A stretch of 59,380 nt of DNA, filler included. It is 3 parts of 3 records of this genome, joined end to end, with 100 filler letters (N's around TTAATTAATTAA, not from the genome) between each part and the next. Parts side by side here need not be neighbours in the genome. Positions count along the whole stretch, not along the records: positions 20,346 to 33,158 come from DRR723986_18323; positions 33,259 to 59,380 come from DRR723986_18341; 1 more part is not named here. The stretch is one strand, 5' to 3'. The translations under genes and the position numbers were made by a program. Of the stretch, positions 30,371 through 39,750 are shown piece after piece. The notes under the pieces were generated by a model, which worked only from the letters and a program-made list of their open reading frames with translations, had not been told where the DNA came from and made no database searches. Numbering within the stretch: position 1 is the stretch's first letter; each line of letters opens with the position of its first letter.

Positions 30371-31436
30371 CCCCCTTGCCAACATTGATATTTCATGGGT
30401 TCAACAAGGCTTGAAATGCCGCGCAGTCTTTAGCCTACCAAACGGTGTCACGGCCCTTATAGGACCATCAGGGGCTGGTAAAACAACGCTTGCACGCATG
30501 ATTGCTGGTTTAGAAACACCGACAGCCGGAACCATACGGTTTAAAGATACTGTTTTATTCAACAGCAAAAAAAACAGAAACATTGAAACGGCAAACCGAA
30601 ATGTTGGGCTTGTTATGCAACAATCTGCGCTTTTCCCACATTTGTCTGTAGAGCAAAATCTTCACTTTTCCCCCTTATCAACAAACGAGACTGTAGCAGA
30701 AGCCGTTCAACTTCTGGACCTATCTAGCTTATTACACAGAAACACAACCACACTTTCTGGCGGCGAAACAAAACGCGTGGCAATTGCCCGCGCCCTAGCT
30801 GCCAAGCCTGCCCTGCTGATTTTAGACGAGCCCATGAACGGCCTCGACCCCAAAGCCCGCGCAACAATATTGCCCATGATCAAAGAATTGGGCAGGTCTG
30901 CGGATGTGCCTACGCTGATGATTACGCACCAAATAGAAGATATGCTGCGAGTTGCAGACCACGCAGTGTTAATGCGTCCACGAGAGGTGGTCGCCTATGG
31001 AACTTTAGAGAACATTCTGGCAGCACCGGAATGCACGAGCCTGATGGGAATTGCAGACGCAGGCCAGTTGCTAACAACAACCATTACAGGGCGGGAAAAT
31101 ACCCTTTTGGTCGCTGATTTGGGCGGCGATACAATCTACCTGCCAGATAGCGGTGAAAATATAGGAGCAAGCGCCACGTTACGGGTGTTTGAATCTGATA
31201 TCTCAATCGCCAAAACGCATATTGATGACATCAGTATTTTGAACCAGCTGGAAGCCCAGATTACCCAGATTGATGTGTCCGGCACCCAAGCGAAGTTATC
31301 ATTAAAATTGGTGAAATCTGGTGTGACCGTGACCAGTCGGCTAACGGCGCAGTCAGTGACGCGGCTGGACTTAAAGCTGGAAGACCGGATATTTGCTTTG
31401 ATTAAGGCCGTCTCGGTGAAAGAAATTAGCCGTTAA
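30363..31436 (+). CDS. modC: Molybdate ABC transporter ATPase with TOBE/Mop domain
   Basis: GPSGAGKTT, LSGGE, LDEP, C-terminal LIKAV. Confidence 0.92.
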   Translation: MDDPLANIDISWVQQGLKCRAVFSLPNGVTALIGPSGAGKTTLARMIAGLETPTAGTIRFKDTVLFNSKKNRNIETANRNVGLVMQQSALFPHLSVEQNLHFSPLSTNETVAEAVQLLDLSSLLHRNTTTLSGGETKRVAIARALAAKPALLILDEPMNGLDPKARATILPMIKELGRSADVPTLMITHQIEDMLRVADHAVLMRPREVVAYGTLENILAAPECTSLMGIADAGQLLTTTITGRENTLLVADLGGDTIYLPDSGENIGASATLRVFESDISIAKTHIDDISILNQLEAQITQIDVSGTQAKLSLKLVKSGVTVTSRLTAQSVTRLDLKLEDRIFALIKAVSVKEISR

Positions 31437-33158
31437 TTGTTATTTTCAGCATATTGCTGGAGAAAGTTTGGCATATCTTTCGCCGCAATGGGCCGAGAAA
31501 TATAAAACCCCTGCGCCCGGTCACAGCCAAAACCTTTCAAAAGCGCGAGTGATTCTGCATTTTCCACGCCTTCCGCTGTTACTTGTAGACCTAGATTATG
31601 AGCCAGCTCAATCGTTGATCTTACCAGCGTTTTATCATCATCATCGCTGGCAAGCTGCAAGATAAAAGATTTGTCAATTTTGATCTCACCAACTGGCAAG
31701 TCTTTTATGTAACTTAATGAACTATATCCTGTGCCATAGTCATCAATTGACAGTGCTAGTCCTATGTCACTCAATTTATGCAATACCTCGCGGGCGATCG
31801 CCACGTCATCCATAACAGCACTTTCTGTAATCTCCAGCTTCAAATGCGCTGGCGAAACAGCGTGTTGGTTCAATATCGTCAATATCCGCTGTGGCAGCGT
31901 GGTATTCATTAAATCTTCAGTAGACAGATTAACGGCAACCACAAGATGAATACCGATTTTCTGCCATTCAGCAATTTGCAGCACTGCCGCCTCCAGCGCC
32001 CATTGGGTTATACGCTTAATATCGCCAGTTTTTTCCGCCAAAGGAATAAAGTCTTCCAGCGGCACACGCCCCCGTGTGGGGCTAATCCACTGCATAAGGG
32101 CTTCAACACTCTTTATACTATTGCTCGCTAGCTCAAGCTTTGGCTGGAAGTAAAACTGAACCTCTCCCGCATCAAGGCCGTTACGCAGGTCAACCATCAT
32201 CGACAATCGGTCTTTCTGCTTTCGGGCATGATCCGCATGAAACCAGCTAAAGCCCTGGCCGGACATTCGGGCATGGTCAAGGGCAGCGTATGCGTTTTGC
32301 AGTAATGCGGTAAATGTTTCACCGTCCGCAGGAAACTTGGTCAAGCCAACGCATATACGCAAATCAACCGCGGCTGTTGCTTCCGACTGAGCACCAATAT
32401 TTAAAGCAGGTACAGATGCCGCTTCCACTGGTTGTTCGAAACTTTCGATAATTGTTTCTGCGCAATGGTCAGCATCAAAATTCTCAAAGGCTGTAAACAC
32501 GAATGTATCTGTAGAAAGCTGTGACAAATAACTGATATTTACGTCATTAAGCCGGTGTGCAGCCGCCCGAACAACTTCTGAAACATGATCATGGGTTAGA
32601 ACAGCCCTTAGGTCTGGCAGGTTTTGAATTTCCACCACACCGATAGAAAATGGCACTTTGCCCGATATTTTTGGCGCGATTTTTTCTTCAAAAAATATGC
32701 GGTTTGGCAGAGCCGTTTCATCGTCATGACACGCTTGGTATGTGATGCGCTCTTCCCGGTCTCGCACCGTCGTTACCATCTGATTAAAACTATCAGCAAG
32801 GCGTTGAATTTCCGCGTCTTTCGCTGGCGCTGATACCAGTTGGTAATCTCCTGCCGACACTCTCTGTACCGCACGGGCCAAGGTTTGCATTGGTCCTGTG
32901 ATCCGCCTGGTTACTATCAAGCTGCCCCAAAACAATAGTATCAATCCAACCGTAATAATAGCGACCAAAGCAACAGCAAGCGGGTGATACGGCGCCCAGG
33001 CTGCCTCAATTGAAGAGTATATCAATAGCTGACTGGGTGAGGCACCGGCATTATCGCTGTTGAGCGTAAGGAAACGAAACATATAATCGTCGCCCGAAAA
33101 CACAGCTGTAAAATCAACATTGTCTTCAGCAAAACTTTGATCATGCAGCAAAGCGGAT
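31433..33158 (-). CDS. Membrane HAMP-GGDEF(degenerate)-EAL protein, 5'-truncated at contig end
   Basis: TM helix and HAMP, HDDETALPNR, GGDEF site reads STDTF, VEAL, LEITES, DDYGTGYSS, EIKIDKSF, AEGVE, QGFYISRP. Confidence 0.9.
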
Positions 33159-33258
33159 NNNNNNNNNNNNNNNNNNNNNNNNNNNNNNNNNNNNNNNNNN
33201 NNTTAATTAATTAANNNNNNNNNNNNNNNNNNNNNNNNNNNNNNNNNNNNNNNNNNNN
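33159..33258. other. Artificial contig-joining spacer
   Basis: 44 N + TTAATTAATTAA (33203-33214) + 44 N. Confidence 0.98.
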
Positions 33259-33361
33259 GGGGAATTTCCTATCCTTTATGGTGAAGGAGAACAAGATTTC
33301 TGATAAGGAGATTGAAGACTTGCAGCGTATGATTGATGACATGGACAAGCCTTCTGAATAA
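33259..33361 (+). CDS. BlaI/MecI/CopY repressor, C-terminal fragment (not in ORF track)
   Basis: Reads GNFLSFMVKENKISDKEIEDLQRMIDDMDKPSE*; stop overlaps the M56 start (TAATG). Confidence 0.8.
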
Positions 33362-34704
33362 TGAATTCAATTATAATCTACTTAGCAGAAGCCAGTATTT
33401 GCGTAGGGATTACGGTCTTGTTTTATCATAGTGTATTGAGAGAACTCACCTTCTTTGCGCTGAATCGGGTTCTTTTGATTGGCATGCTGACGCTCTCTAT
33501 AATAATTCCACTCCTGTCATTTCAAGTGGGCATTTCATCATTAGCATCGGGCGAAATAACGCTTCCTGAATTTACAGTGGGAGATGTTGTACAGGGTGAT
33601 TCTTTGAGTTTTTCCTGGCGGGAGATGGTCTTTTTGACTTACCTAACAGGCGTGGTATTCATGTCAGTTTATCTGAGTTTAGGCTATTTTACTTCTAAAC
33701 AGATGATACGTAAATCCAAACTGTTTCGCTATCAAAATTATTGGGTAGCAGTACATCCTGAGTTTATGCCTGCCTCATTTTTTGATTACATTCTCCTTCC
33801 TGATTTTGATCCAAATAGAGCTGACCAACGTCAGATCATATTGCATGAATCAGTACATGTTCGCTTAAAACACAGTTGGGATTTGCTATTCATCCAGTGT
33901 GCCAAAATTATCTTTTGGTTCAATCCGTTGATTTATCAATTTGAAAAAATACTTCGTGAAGTGCATGAATACCAAGCAGATCAAGGTGTGACTTCATCCT
34001 TTTCTAGAAGGGAATATTCAGGTCTTTTGCTTCAGCTCATCACCAAAGGAGATGGCTGGCACTTCATGAATAACTTCAACCAATTTCAAACCAAAAAACG
34101 AATAATTATGATGAGTAAACCACAATCTCAGAAAAAGGAACTGCGCAGGTTTCTACTCGCAATTCCAGTTTTGGCAGCATTGGTTATCGTGTTTTCCTGT
34201 GAAATAACTCCTGAAGAGGAAATGGAAGGGCCAATGATGGCTGGAGAATTAAAATCAGCACAAATAGGTCCTGCTGACCTCTCAGCTAGAAAACTAAGTG
34301 ATCATGTAGATCAAGTTTTTGATGTAGTTGAAGTTCCCCCACAGCCAATAGGAGGGATATCGGCTTGGCATAAATATCTTTCAAAAACACTTAAATATCC
34401 TGCTCAAGCTAGACGCTCCGGGATTCAAGGGACCGTAATTGTTGGATTTATTGTAGAGGAGGATGGTAACCTTGCTAACGTAGAAATTTTAAAAGGATTA
34501 GGAGGAGCAGTTGATGAAGAAGCGATCAGGGTTGTAGAAAATGCTGATAATTGGGAGCCAGGAAAGCAGAGGGATCGAGTTGTAAGTACTAGAATGAGAT
34601 TACCTATACGATTCAAACTTGCCAATAGCGATGCTAAGATTGAATCAACTTCAGTGTCATCTACTGACAATCTGCCGGAAATCGTTGTTGTTGGGTATAA
34701 TTAG
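33361..34704 (+). CDS. BlaR1-like M56 metallopeptidase fused to TonB C-terminal domain
   Basis: TM helices, ASFFDYI, HESVH (HExxH), HSWD, WFNP, HEYQAD, KKRI; TonB_C LKYPAQARRSGIQGTV...WEPGKQ...RLPIRF. Confidence 0.93.
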   Translation: MNSIIIYLAEASICVGITVLFYHSVLRELTFFALNRVLLIGMLTLSIIIPLLSFQVGISSLASGEITLPEFTVGDVVQGDSLSFSWREMVFLTYLTGVVFMSVYLSLGYFTSKQMIRKSKLFRYQNYWVAVHPEFMPASFFDYILLPDFDPNRADQRQIILHESVHVRLKHSWDLLFIQCAKIIFWFNPLIYQFEKILREVHEYQADQGVTSSFSRREYSGLLLQLITKGDGWHFMNNFNQFQTKKRIIMMSKPQSQKKELRRFLLAIPVLAALVIVFSCEITPEEEMEGPMMAGELKSAQIGPADLSARKLSDHVDQVFDVVEVPPQPIGGISAWHKYLSKTLKYPAQARRSGIQGTVIVGFIVEEDGNLANVEILKGLGGAVDEEAIRVVENADNWEPGKQRDRVVSTRMRLPIRFKLANSDAKIESTSVSSTDNLPEIVVVGYN

Positions 34705-34776
34705 TTGATAATAAATTGATTAACAATTCTCATCAGCTTTCAAACTATTAAGATACACTTAACTAAATCAAAAATT

Positions 34777-35202
34777 ATGAAACGGAAAGTCTATAATTTC
34801 TCGTCTAAAACAATTTTACTTCTGGCGACGGCTCTACTTTTCTTCGCTTTTCTTCCAAATCAAACGGCTCAAGCACAAACTGAAGCTGGGGAAGTATTGA
34901 TGGAGACTGATGAAATGCCTCAACCTAAAGGTGGACTTGATGGCTGGATGGCATACTTGACTGAAAATATGAAGTATCCGGTATTAGCAAAGGAAAAGAA
35001 TATAGAAGGAACGGTGATCGTCACATTTGTGGTGTTAGAAACTGGAGAAATTGATACTGTGGAAATTCTAAGAGGAATAGGCGGAGGTTGCGATGAGGAA
35101 GCAATGCGCTTGGTAAAAGAGTCGCCTAAATGGACACCTGGCAAAAAGGATGGTGAACTGGTCAAGGTAAGAATGAGACTTCCTGTAAGGTTCAAGTTAT
35201 AA
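34777..35202 (+). CDS. Stand-alone TonB C-terminal-domain protein
   Basis: Signal peptide ending AQA-Q; MKYP..AKEKNIEGTV..GIGGGCDEEA..WTPGK..LPVRF. Confidence 0.9.
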   Translation: MKRKVYNFSSKTILLLATALLFFAFLPNQTAQAQTEAGEVLMETDEMPQPKGGLDGWMAYLTENMKYPVLAKEKNIEGTVIVTFVVLETGEIDTVEILRGIGGGCDEEAMRLVKESPKWTPGKKDGELVKVRMRLPVRFKL

Positions 35203-35269
35203 ATGCCTGATAAATTTCTGAAAAAGAATAACTACAATCCCTTTGTGAAATATACCTAACCTAAAAAGC

Positions 35270-35686
35270 ATGAAACGAACAATCCATAATTTCCCGCAAA
35301 AAGTAATTTCAATTCTTTCAATTTTCCTGCTGCTATTGGTTTTTCTACCTATTCAATTAGCTCAAGCTCAAACTGAAGAAGAGAAGAATGATATTATGCC
35401 AATTCCACCAGGAGGCATACAAGGTTGGTATTCTTATCTGGGTGAAAACCTCAAGTATCCAGAAAGTGCTAAAGAAAAAGGAGTAGAAGGAGTAGTCATT
35501 GTAGAACTTCTGGTAAAAACTGATGGGTCAATTGATAATGTTTCAGTTGTTCGCGGCATTGGTGGAGGTTGTGATGAAGAAGCAATGCGGGTTATCCAAA
35601 AGTCGTCCAATTGGACACCAGGCGAAAAAGATGGAAAGCCAGTTAATACGGTGATGAAGATCCCGATAAAATTTGCATTAAGTTAA
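35270..35686 (+). CDS. Stand-alone TonB C-terminal-domain protein (paralog)
   Basis: Signal peptide ending AQA-Q; LKYPESAKEKGVEG..GIGGGCDEEA..WTPG..IPIKF. Confidence 0.9.
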   Translation: MKRTIHNFPQKVISILSIFLLLLVFLPIQLAQAQTEEEKNDIMPIPPGGIQGWYSYLGENLKYPESAKEKGVEGVVIVELLVKTDGSIDNVSVVRGIGGGCDEEAMRVIQKSSNWTPGEKDGKPVNTVMKIPIKFALS

Positions 35687-35702
35687 GTTTTAATTAAAGG
35701 TG

Positions 35703-35735
35703 AAAAACATCCGAAGCTTCTTCGGATGTTTTTTT
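35703..35735 (+). terminator. Rho-independent terminator
   Basis: AAAAACATCCGAAG-CTT-CTTCGGATGTTTTTTT. Confidence 0.88.
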
Positions 35736-35785
35736 GTTTATGGGCAAATAAGCTAGTTTAGCATACTTATTTAGCAAATTGACCC

Positions 35786-36223
35786 ATGAATAAAACCAAG
35801 CTAGCTGGTAATTTTTTATTGCCTATTTCTTTACTGATTTTTTCACTCACTGCTTTTTCATGCAGTGCTGATTTAGAAGATAAAGTTGTTGGAAACTGGC
35901 AGGGGTATGATTTTATGTTCCAGAAAACTGAAGGTCCTGATATCGTGGTGACAATCAATGGAGGCTTAGAACAGCATTTGAGAAGTAAGTTGATTTTATC
36001 AGATAATGGTACATTTCAAAAGTTGGTTGGAGAATATGATAATGGGAAAGGAACTTGGGTGGTAGAAGAGGACAAGTTGATTGCCACTAATGAAAATGGC
36101 GAAAAGCTGATTTATACCTTACTTAAGGTCACAGATAAGGAGTTAATGACATTGCATGAAGTGGATTTAAAAACTCCAGACGGAACATTGAAAGGGAAAA
36201 TTATACTATCATACACTCGATAA
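35786..36223 (+). CDS. Lipocalin-like lipoprotein
   Basis: Lipobox AFSC; VVGNW and GTW motifs; beta-rich pattern. Confidence 0.7.
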   Translation: MNKTKLAGNFLLPISLLIFSLTAFSCSADLEDKVVGNWQGYDFMFQKTEGPDIVVTINGGLEQHLRSKLILSDNGTFQKLVGEYDNGKGTWVVEEDKLIATNENGEKLIYTLLKVTDKELMTLHEVDLKTPDGTLKGKIILSYTR

Positions 36224-36475
36224 GCCTGTTTGATGAGGAATAAAATCTATTTTTGGTTGGTCTCATCTGATTCAATGAATTTCTCAAAGTTTAGGTTTGA
36301 GCTCCATAATATTCATGAATGGTTTTTTGATTGAGGGCAAATTGAAGTAATTTATCGACTTAAGTTCTTACCCTAAATAATCTAACCTAAGAAATCATGC
36401 AATTATGCAAACTTTATACTGAGGCTTTTCAAAAAGTATGAATTCTTTCTGCCATCAAAATTAAATTAAAACCTT

Positions 36476-37240
36476 ATGAAAAAGAGAATTTTCTCACTAG
36501 CTATTACTGCTAGTGCATTGACTTTGAGTTCAATAGCAGTTGCCCAAGATAAAACACCTCCACCTATGAGACCGGAGGCTACTGAATTTTACACTCCTGT
36601 GCCACCTAAAGTTACCCCAGGAGCAAATAACACAGCTCCTCCCTCTGATGCCATCGTGCTTTTCGATGGAACCAGTTTAAATGGGTTTGTAAGTGCAAAT
36701 GACGGTTCCCCTGCTGGATGGACGATTGAAAATGGAGAATTAGTGGTTACCAAAGGTAAAGGAGATATCAAATCTAAAATACCTTTTGGCGATGCACAAT
36801 ACCACGTAGAATGGTCAGCCCCAACAGAAATTGTGGGCGAAGGACAGGGCAGAGGAAACTCTGGTTTTTTCTTGATGGGAATGTATGAAGTACAGGTTCT
36901 GGATAGCTACGAAAGTAAGACTTATACTAATGGACAAGCTGGAAGTATTTATAAGCAGCATCCTCCTCTTGCAATGGCATTGAGACCAGCCGGTGAATGG
37001 AATTATTACGATATTATTTTCAAAGCACCACGTTTCAACAAGGATGGTATTGTTACTTCTCCAGCTACTGTTACAGTTATTATGAATGGTGTGGTAGTTC
37101 AAAATAATGTGACCTTGAAAGGTCCTACCGAATACATCGGTATTCCAAACTATAAAGCACATCCTGAGAAGCTTCCAATTAAGCTTCAAGATCACGGCAA
37201 CCCAGTTAGATTTAGAAATATCTGGGTTCGAGAACTTTAA
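36476..37240 (+). CDS. DUF1080 (3-keto-glycoside hydrolase/hydratase fold) protein
   Basis: PPSDAIVLFDG, HVEW, RGNSG, YEVQVLDS, LQDHGNPVRFRNIWVREL. Confidence 0.94.
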   Translation: MKKRIFSLAITASALTLSSIAVAQDKTPPPMRPEATEFYTPVPPKVTPGANNTAPPSDAIVLFDGTSLNGFVSANDGSPAGWTIENGELVVTKGKGDIKSKIPFGDAQYHVEWSAPTEIVGEGQGRGNSGFFLMGMYEVQVLDSYESKTYTNGQAGSIYKQHPPLAMALRPAGEWNYYDIIFKAPRFNKDGIVTSPATVTVIMNGVVVQNNVTLKGPTEYIGIPNYKAHPEKLPIKLQDHGNPVRFRNIWVREL

Positions 37241-37253
37241 TCAATCGGTATAT

Positions 37254-37288
37254 AAATAGCAGTTAATTTAATTAACTGCTATTTTTTT
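37254..37288 (+). terminator. AT-rich hairpin/terminator between DUF1080 and oxidoreductase genes
   Basis: AAATAGCAGTTAAT...ATTAACTGCTATTT plus T-run. Confidence 0.7.
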
Positions 37289-37314
37289 GTCTATACTCAA
37301 TAACCCAAAATACT

Positions 37315-38655
37315 ATGTCATCAAGAAGAAAATTTATTCAAAACACCATGTTGTTGGGTGCAGGTTTGGGAATGCCTCAAATTCTAACTGCATCCGATTT
37401 TGGCCGATTTACTAGAAAAATCAAGGCTTCTGATCAACTTAACTATGGCCTGATTGGCTGCAAAGGCATGGGTTGGTCTAATATGAATGCTCACCTTAAA
37501 ATGCCTCAAGTGAATTGCGTTGCCTTGGCAGATGTGGATCAAAGCGTACTAGATCAGCGGACAGAGGATGTTTTCAAACTGCGGGGCACCCGCCCAAAGC
37601 AGTACAAAGATTACAGAAAGCTGCTCGAGGATCCGGATATAGATATCGTGATCATTGGGACTCCAGATCACTGGCATTGCCTAATTATGTGCGACGCGGT
37701 TTCTGCTGGTAAAAATGTTTACGTAGAAAAGCCAATTGCAAATACCATTGAAGAATGTCAGTTGATGGTAAAAGCTCAGGAGCGTTACGGTAAAGTGGTG
37801 CAGGTAGGGCAGTGGCAGCGTTCCGGTTCTCAGTACGCAGAAGCAATTGATTATGTTAAATCCGGGAAACTAGGCCAGATTCGATTGGTGAAATGCTGGG
37901 CATACCAAGGCTGGATGAAACCGGTTCCTGTATTGCCAAATGGTCCGGCACCAGATGGAGTAGATTATAAAATGTGGCTAGGACCCGCTCCAGAGCGACC
38001 GTTCAATCCAAATCGTTTTCACTTCAATTTCCGCTGGTTTTGGGATTATGCTGGAGGGTTGATGACCGACTGGGGAGTACATGAGATAGATATTGCGTTA
38101 TATGCGATGGGAGTTTCTGCGCCGAAATCTGTAATGGCCTCAGGAGGTAAATTTGCTTATCCAAATGATGCATCTGAGACGCCTGATACCTTGCAAACAG
38201 TTTATGAATACGACGGCTTTAATATGCTCTGGGAACATGCTACAGGTATAGATGGAGGGAATTATGGAACGACCGAAGGTATTGCATTCATAGGGAATAA
38301 TGCCACACTGGTGGTGAATAGAGGAGGGTGGAAGGTGATTCCTGAAACTGAAACAGTGGATGGAAATAGAGTTCCAAAAGTAGAAGAAGTTCCTCATACC
38401 AAAGGTGTAGGAAATGCTTTGGATTTACATGCTGTCAACTTCGTGGAAGCTGTTAAGGCCAATGATCCAAGCCTTCTCAATTGTGCAATTCAGACGGGTA
38501 GTGTAGCGGCTATCAATGCCCAAATGGGAAACATTGCCTACAAAACCGGAGAGAAAGTATATTGGAATGCAGCTAAAAATCAATTTACCTCGTCCGCTGC
38601 GAATGACTTGATGAAAGCCCATTATCATAATGGCTGGGAACTTCCGAAAGTTTAG
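37315..38655 (+). CDS. Tat-exported Gfo/Idh/MocA oxidoreductase
   Basis: SRRKF Tat motif, GLIGCKGMG, TPDHWH, YVEKP, QVGQWQRS, DWGVH. Confidence 0.94.
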   Translation: MSSRRKFIQNTMLLGAGLGMPQILTASDFGRFTRKIKASDQLNYGLIGCKGMGWSNMNAHLKMPQVNCVALADVDQSVLDQRTEDVFKLRGTRPKQYKDYRKLLEDPDIDIVIIGTPDHWHCLIMCDAVSAGKNVYVEKPIANTIEECQLMVKAQERYGKVVQVGQWQRSGSQYAEAIDYVKSGKLGQIRLVKCWAYQGWMKPVPVLPNGPAPDGVDYKMWLGPAPERPFNPNRFHFNFRWFWDYAGGLMTDWGVHEIDIALYAMGVSAPKSVMASGGKFAYPNDASETPDTLQTVYEYDGFNMLWEHATGIDGGNYGTTEGIAFIGNNATLVVNRGGWKVIPETETVDGNRVPKVEEVPHTKGVGNALDLHAVNFVEAVKANDPSLLNCAIQTGSVAAINAQMGNIAYKTGEKVYWNAAKNQFTSSAANDLMKAHYHNGWELPKV

Positions 38656-38695
38656 TTGAAAATCTGATAGTCCGCAATTTCTTCTACTTTGAACC

Positions 38696-38730
38696 AAAAA
38701 AAGCCATGGAATCAAAATTCCATGGCTTTT
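38696..38730. terminator. Bidirectional terminator between convergent genes
   Basis: AAAAAAAGCCATGGAAT-CAAA-ATTCCATGGCTTTT. Confidence 0.85.
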
Positions 38731-38752
38731 ACTTTTTTCAGTAGCAAACCCT

Positions 38753-39142
38753 TTAAAAGGCTAGGGCAGCAAGCCCAAGTTTACTTTTAAGTGGATTAAT
38801 AGATTTTAGAATCTGTCCAGAATACTTCTTGAATAAATCATTTCCTAAAATGTCCGTGAGGATTTTAGCATGCTTGCTTTTCAAACCTAGAAATGCAGCT
38901 TTCTTATCATCATCAGATTTTCCGCTTTTATCTATATCCATCAGTTCATCTACAAAACTGGAGTTTTCTTTAGTCAGCTTTGATTTCTGATCCGATGATA
39001 GATCAAGCCCATCCGTATTATTCAATATTCCCAATACCTGAGAAGTTAGATCCATTTTTGGCACTTTCAATCCTTGGGCGTTAACATTTCCAGCTAGGAT
39101 AAAGAGCAATGCAAACCCTAGGATAAATTTCAATTTGTGCAT
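38753..39142 (-). CDS. Secreted small helical hypothetical protein (paralog A)
   Basis: Signal peptide ending VNA-Q; 129 aa; similar to neighbour. Confidence 0.8.
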   Translation of the reverse strand: MHKLKFILGFALLFILAGNVNAQGLKVPKMDLTSQVLGILNNTDGLDLSSDQKSKLTKENSSFVDELMDIDKSGKSDDDKKAAFLGLKSKHAKILTDILGNDLFKKYSGQILKSINPLKSKLGLAALAF

Positions 39143-39168
39143 AATAGTATAGTTTAGTTAAAATGTTT

Positions 39169-39558
39169 TTACAGGACAAACTTAGCCAATTTGTATTTTG
39201 TCGTAAACGGACGTATTTGTTTTTTTATCTTTTTGCGGTATTCTTTAACGGTTTTTTCTCCAAGGATACTTTCAAACATGGAATTTTGCTCTTTAGCAAG
39301 ACCAGAGATTTTGGCTATTTTCTTATCGTCTGATTCATCACTTCCTGCTATGCCTATTACCTTATCGAAAAAGGAAGAGTTGCTTTTGCTCAACTTATCT
39401 TTTTGATCTTTAGTTATTCCTAAATCGTCACCTGGAGCGAAAGCACCCAGCATATCCTTTTTGAAATCAGGGGTAGGTAACTTGATAGTTTGCGACGAGG
39501 CTTGAAAGCTGATAGCCGCTAGAAGAAAGATAAAGGCTGTAATTAGGTTAGTTTTCAT
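39169..39558 (-). CDS. Secreted small helical hypothetical protein (paralog B)
   Basis: Signal peptide ending ASS-Q; 129 aa; shares DQKxKLxKxNSSF..SDD.K..ILG with neighbour. Confidence 0.8.
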   Translation of the reverse strand: MKTNLITAFIFLLAAISFQASSQTIKLPTPDFKKDMLGAFAPGDDLGITKDQKDKLSKSNSSFFDKVIGIAGSDESDDKKIAKISGLAKEQNSMFESILGEKTVKEYRKKIKKQIRPFTTKYKLAKFVL

Positions 39559-39571
39559 AAGAATTAATTTT

Positions 39572-39747
39572 ATGTATATCCGCTTTTGTGCCCGTATGAA
39601 GTCAAGAGCGAAAAAGGATATGTTAAACTTAAGGATTGAGGCCGCTTCTGCCTGTCCCGCCAGTGCAGGGAGTCTTCGGTCATCGATTTTCAGGCCAGAT
39701 TAGCAAAGAATTTAAAGTGACTGGCATCATAGCGGATAATCATTTTT
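39572..39747. repeat. Dispersed structured intergenic element, copy 1
   Basis: Shares CCGCTTTT, TTAAACTTAAG(G)ATTGAGGCC, TTCGGTC, AGCAAAGAA, GTGACTGGC.TCAT, CGGATA.TCAT with copy 2. Confidence 0.85.
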
Positions 39748-39750
39748 ATT

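Noticed and set aside
18043-37240. Two DUF1080 genes as a duplication
   Set aside because: They lie on different contigs from apparently different phyla
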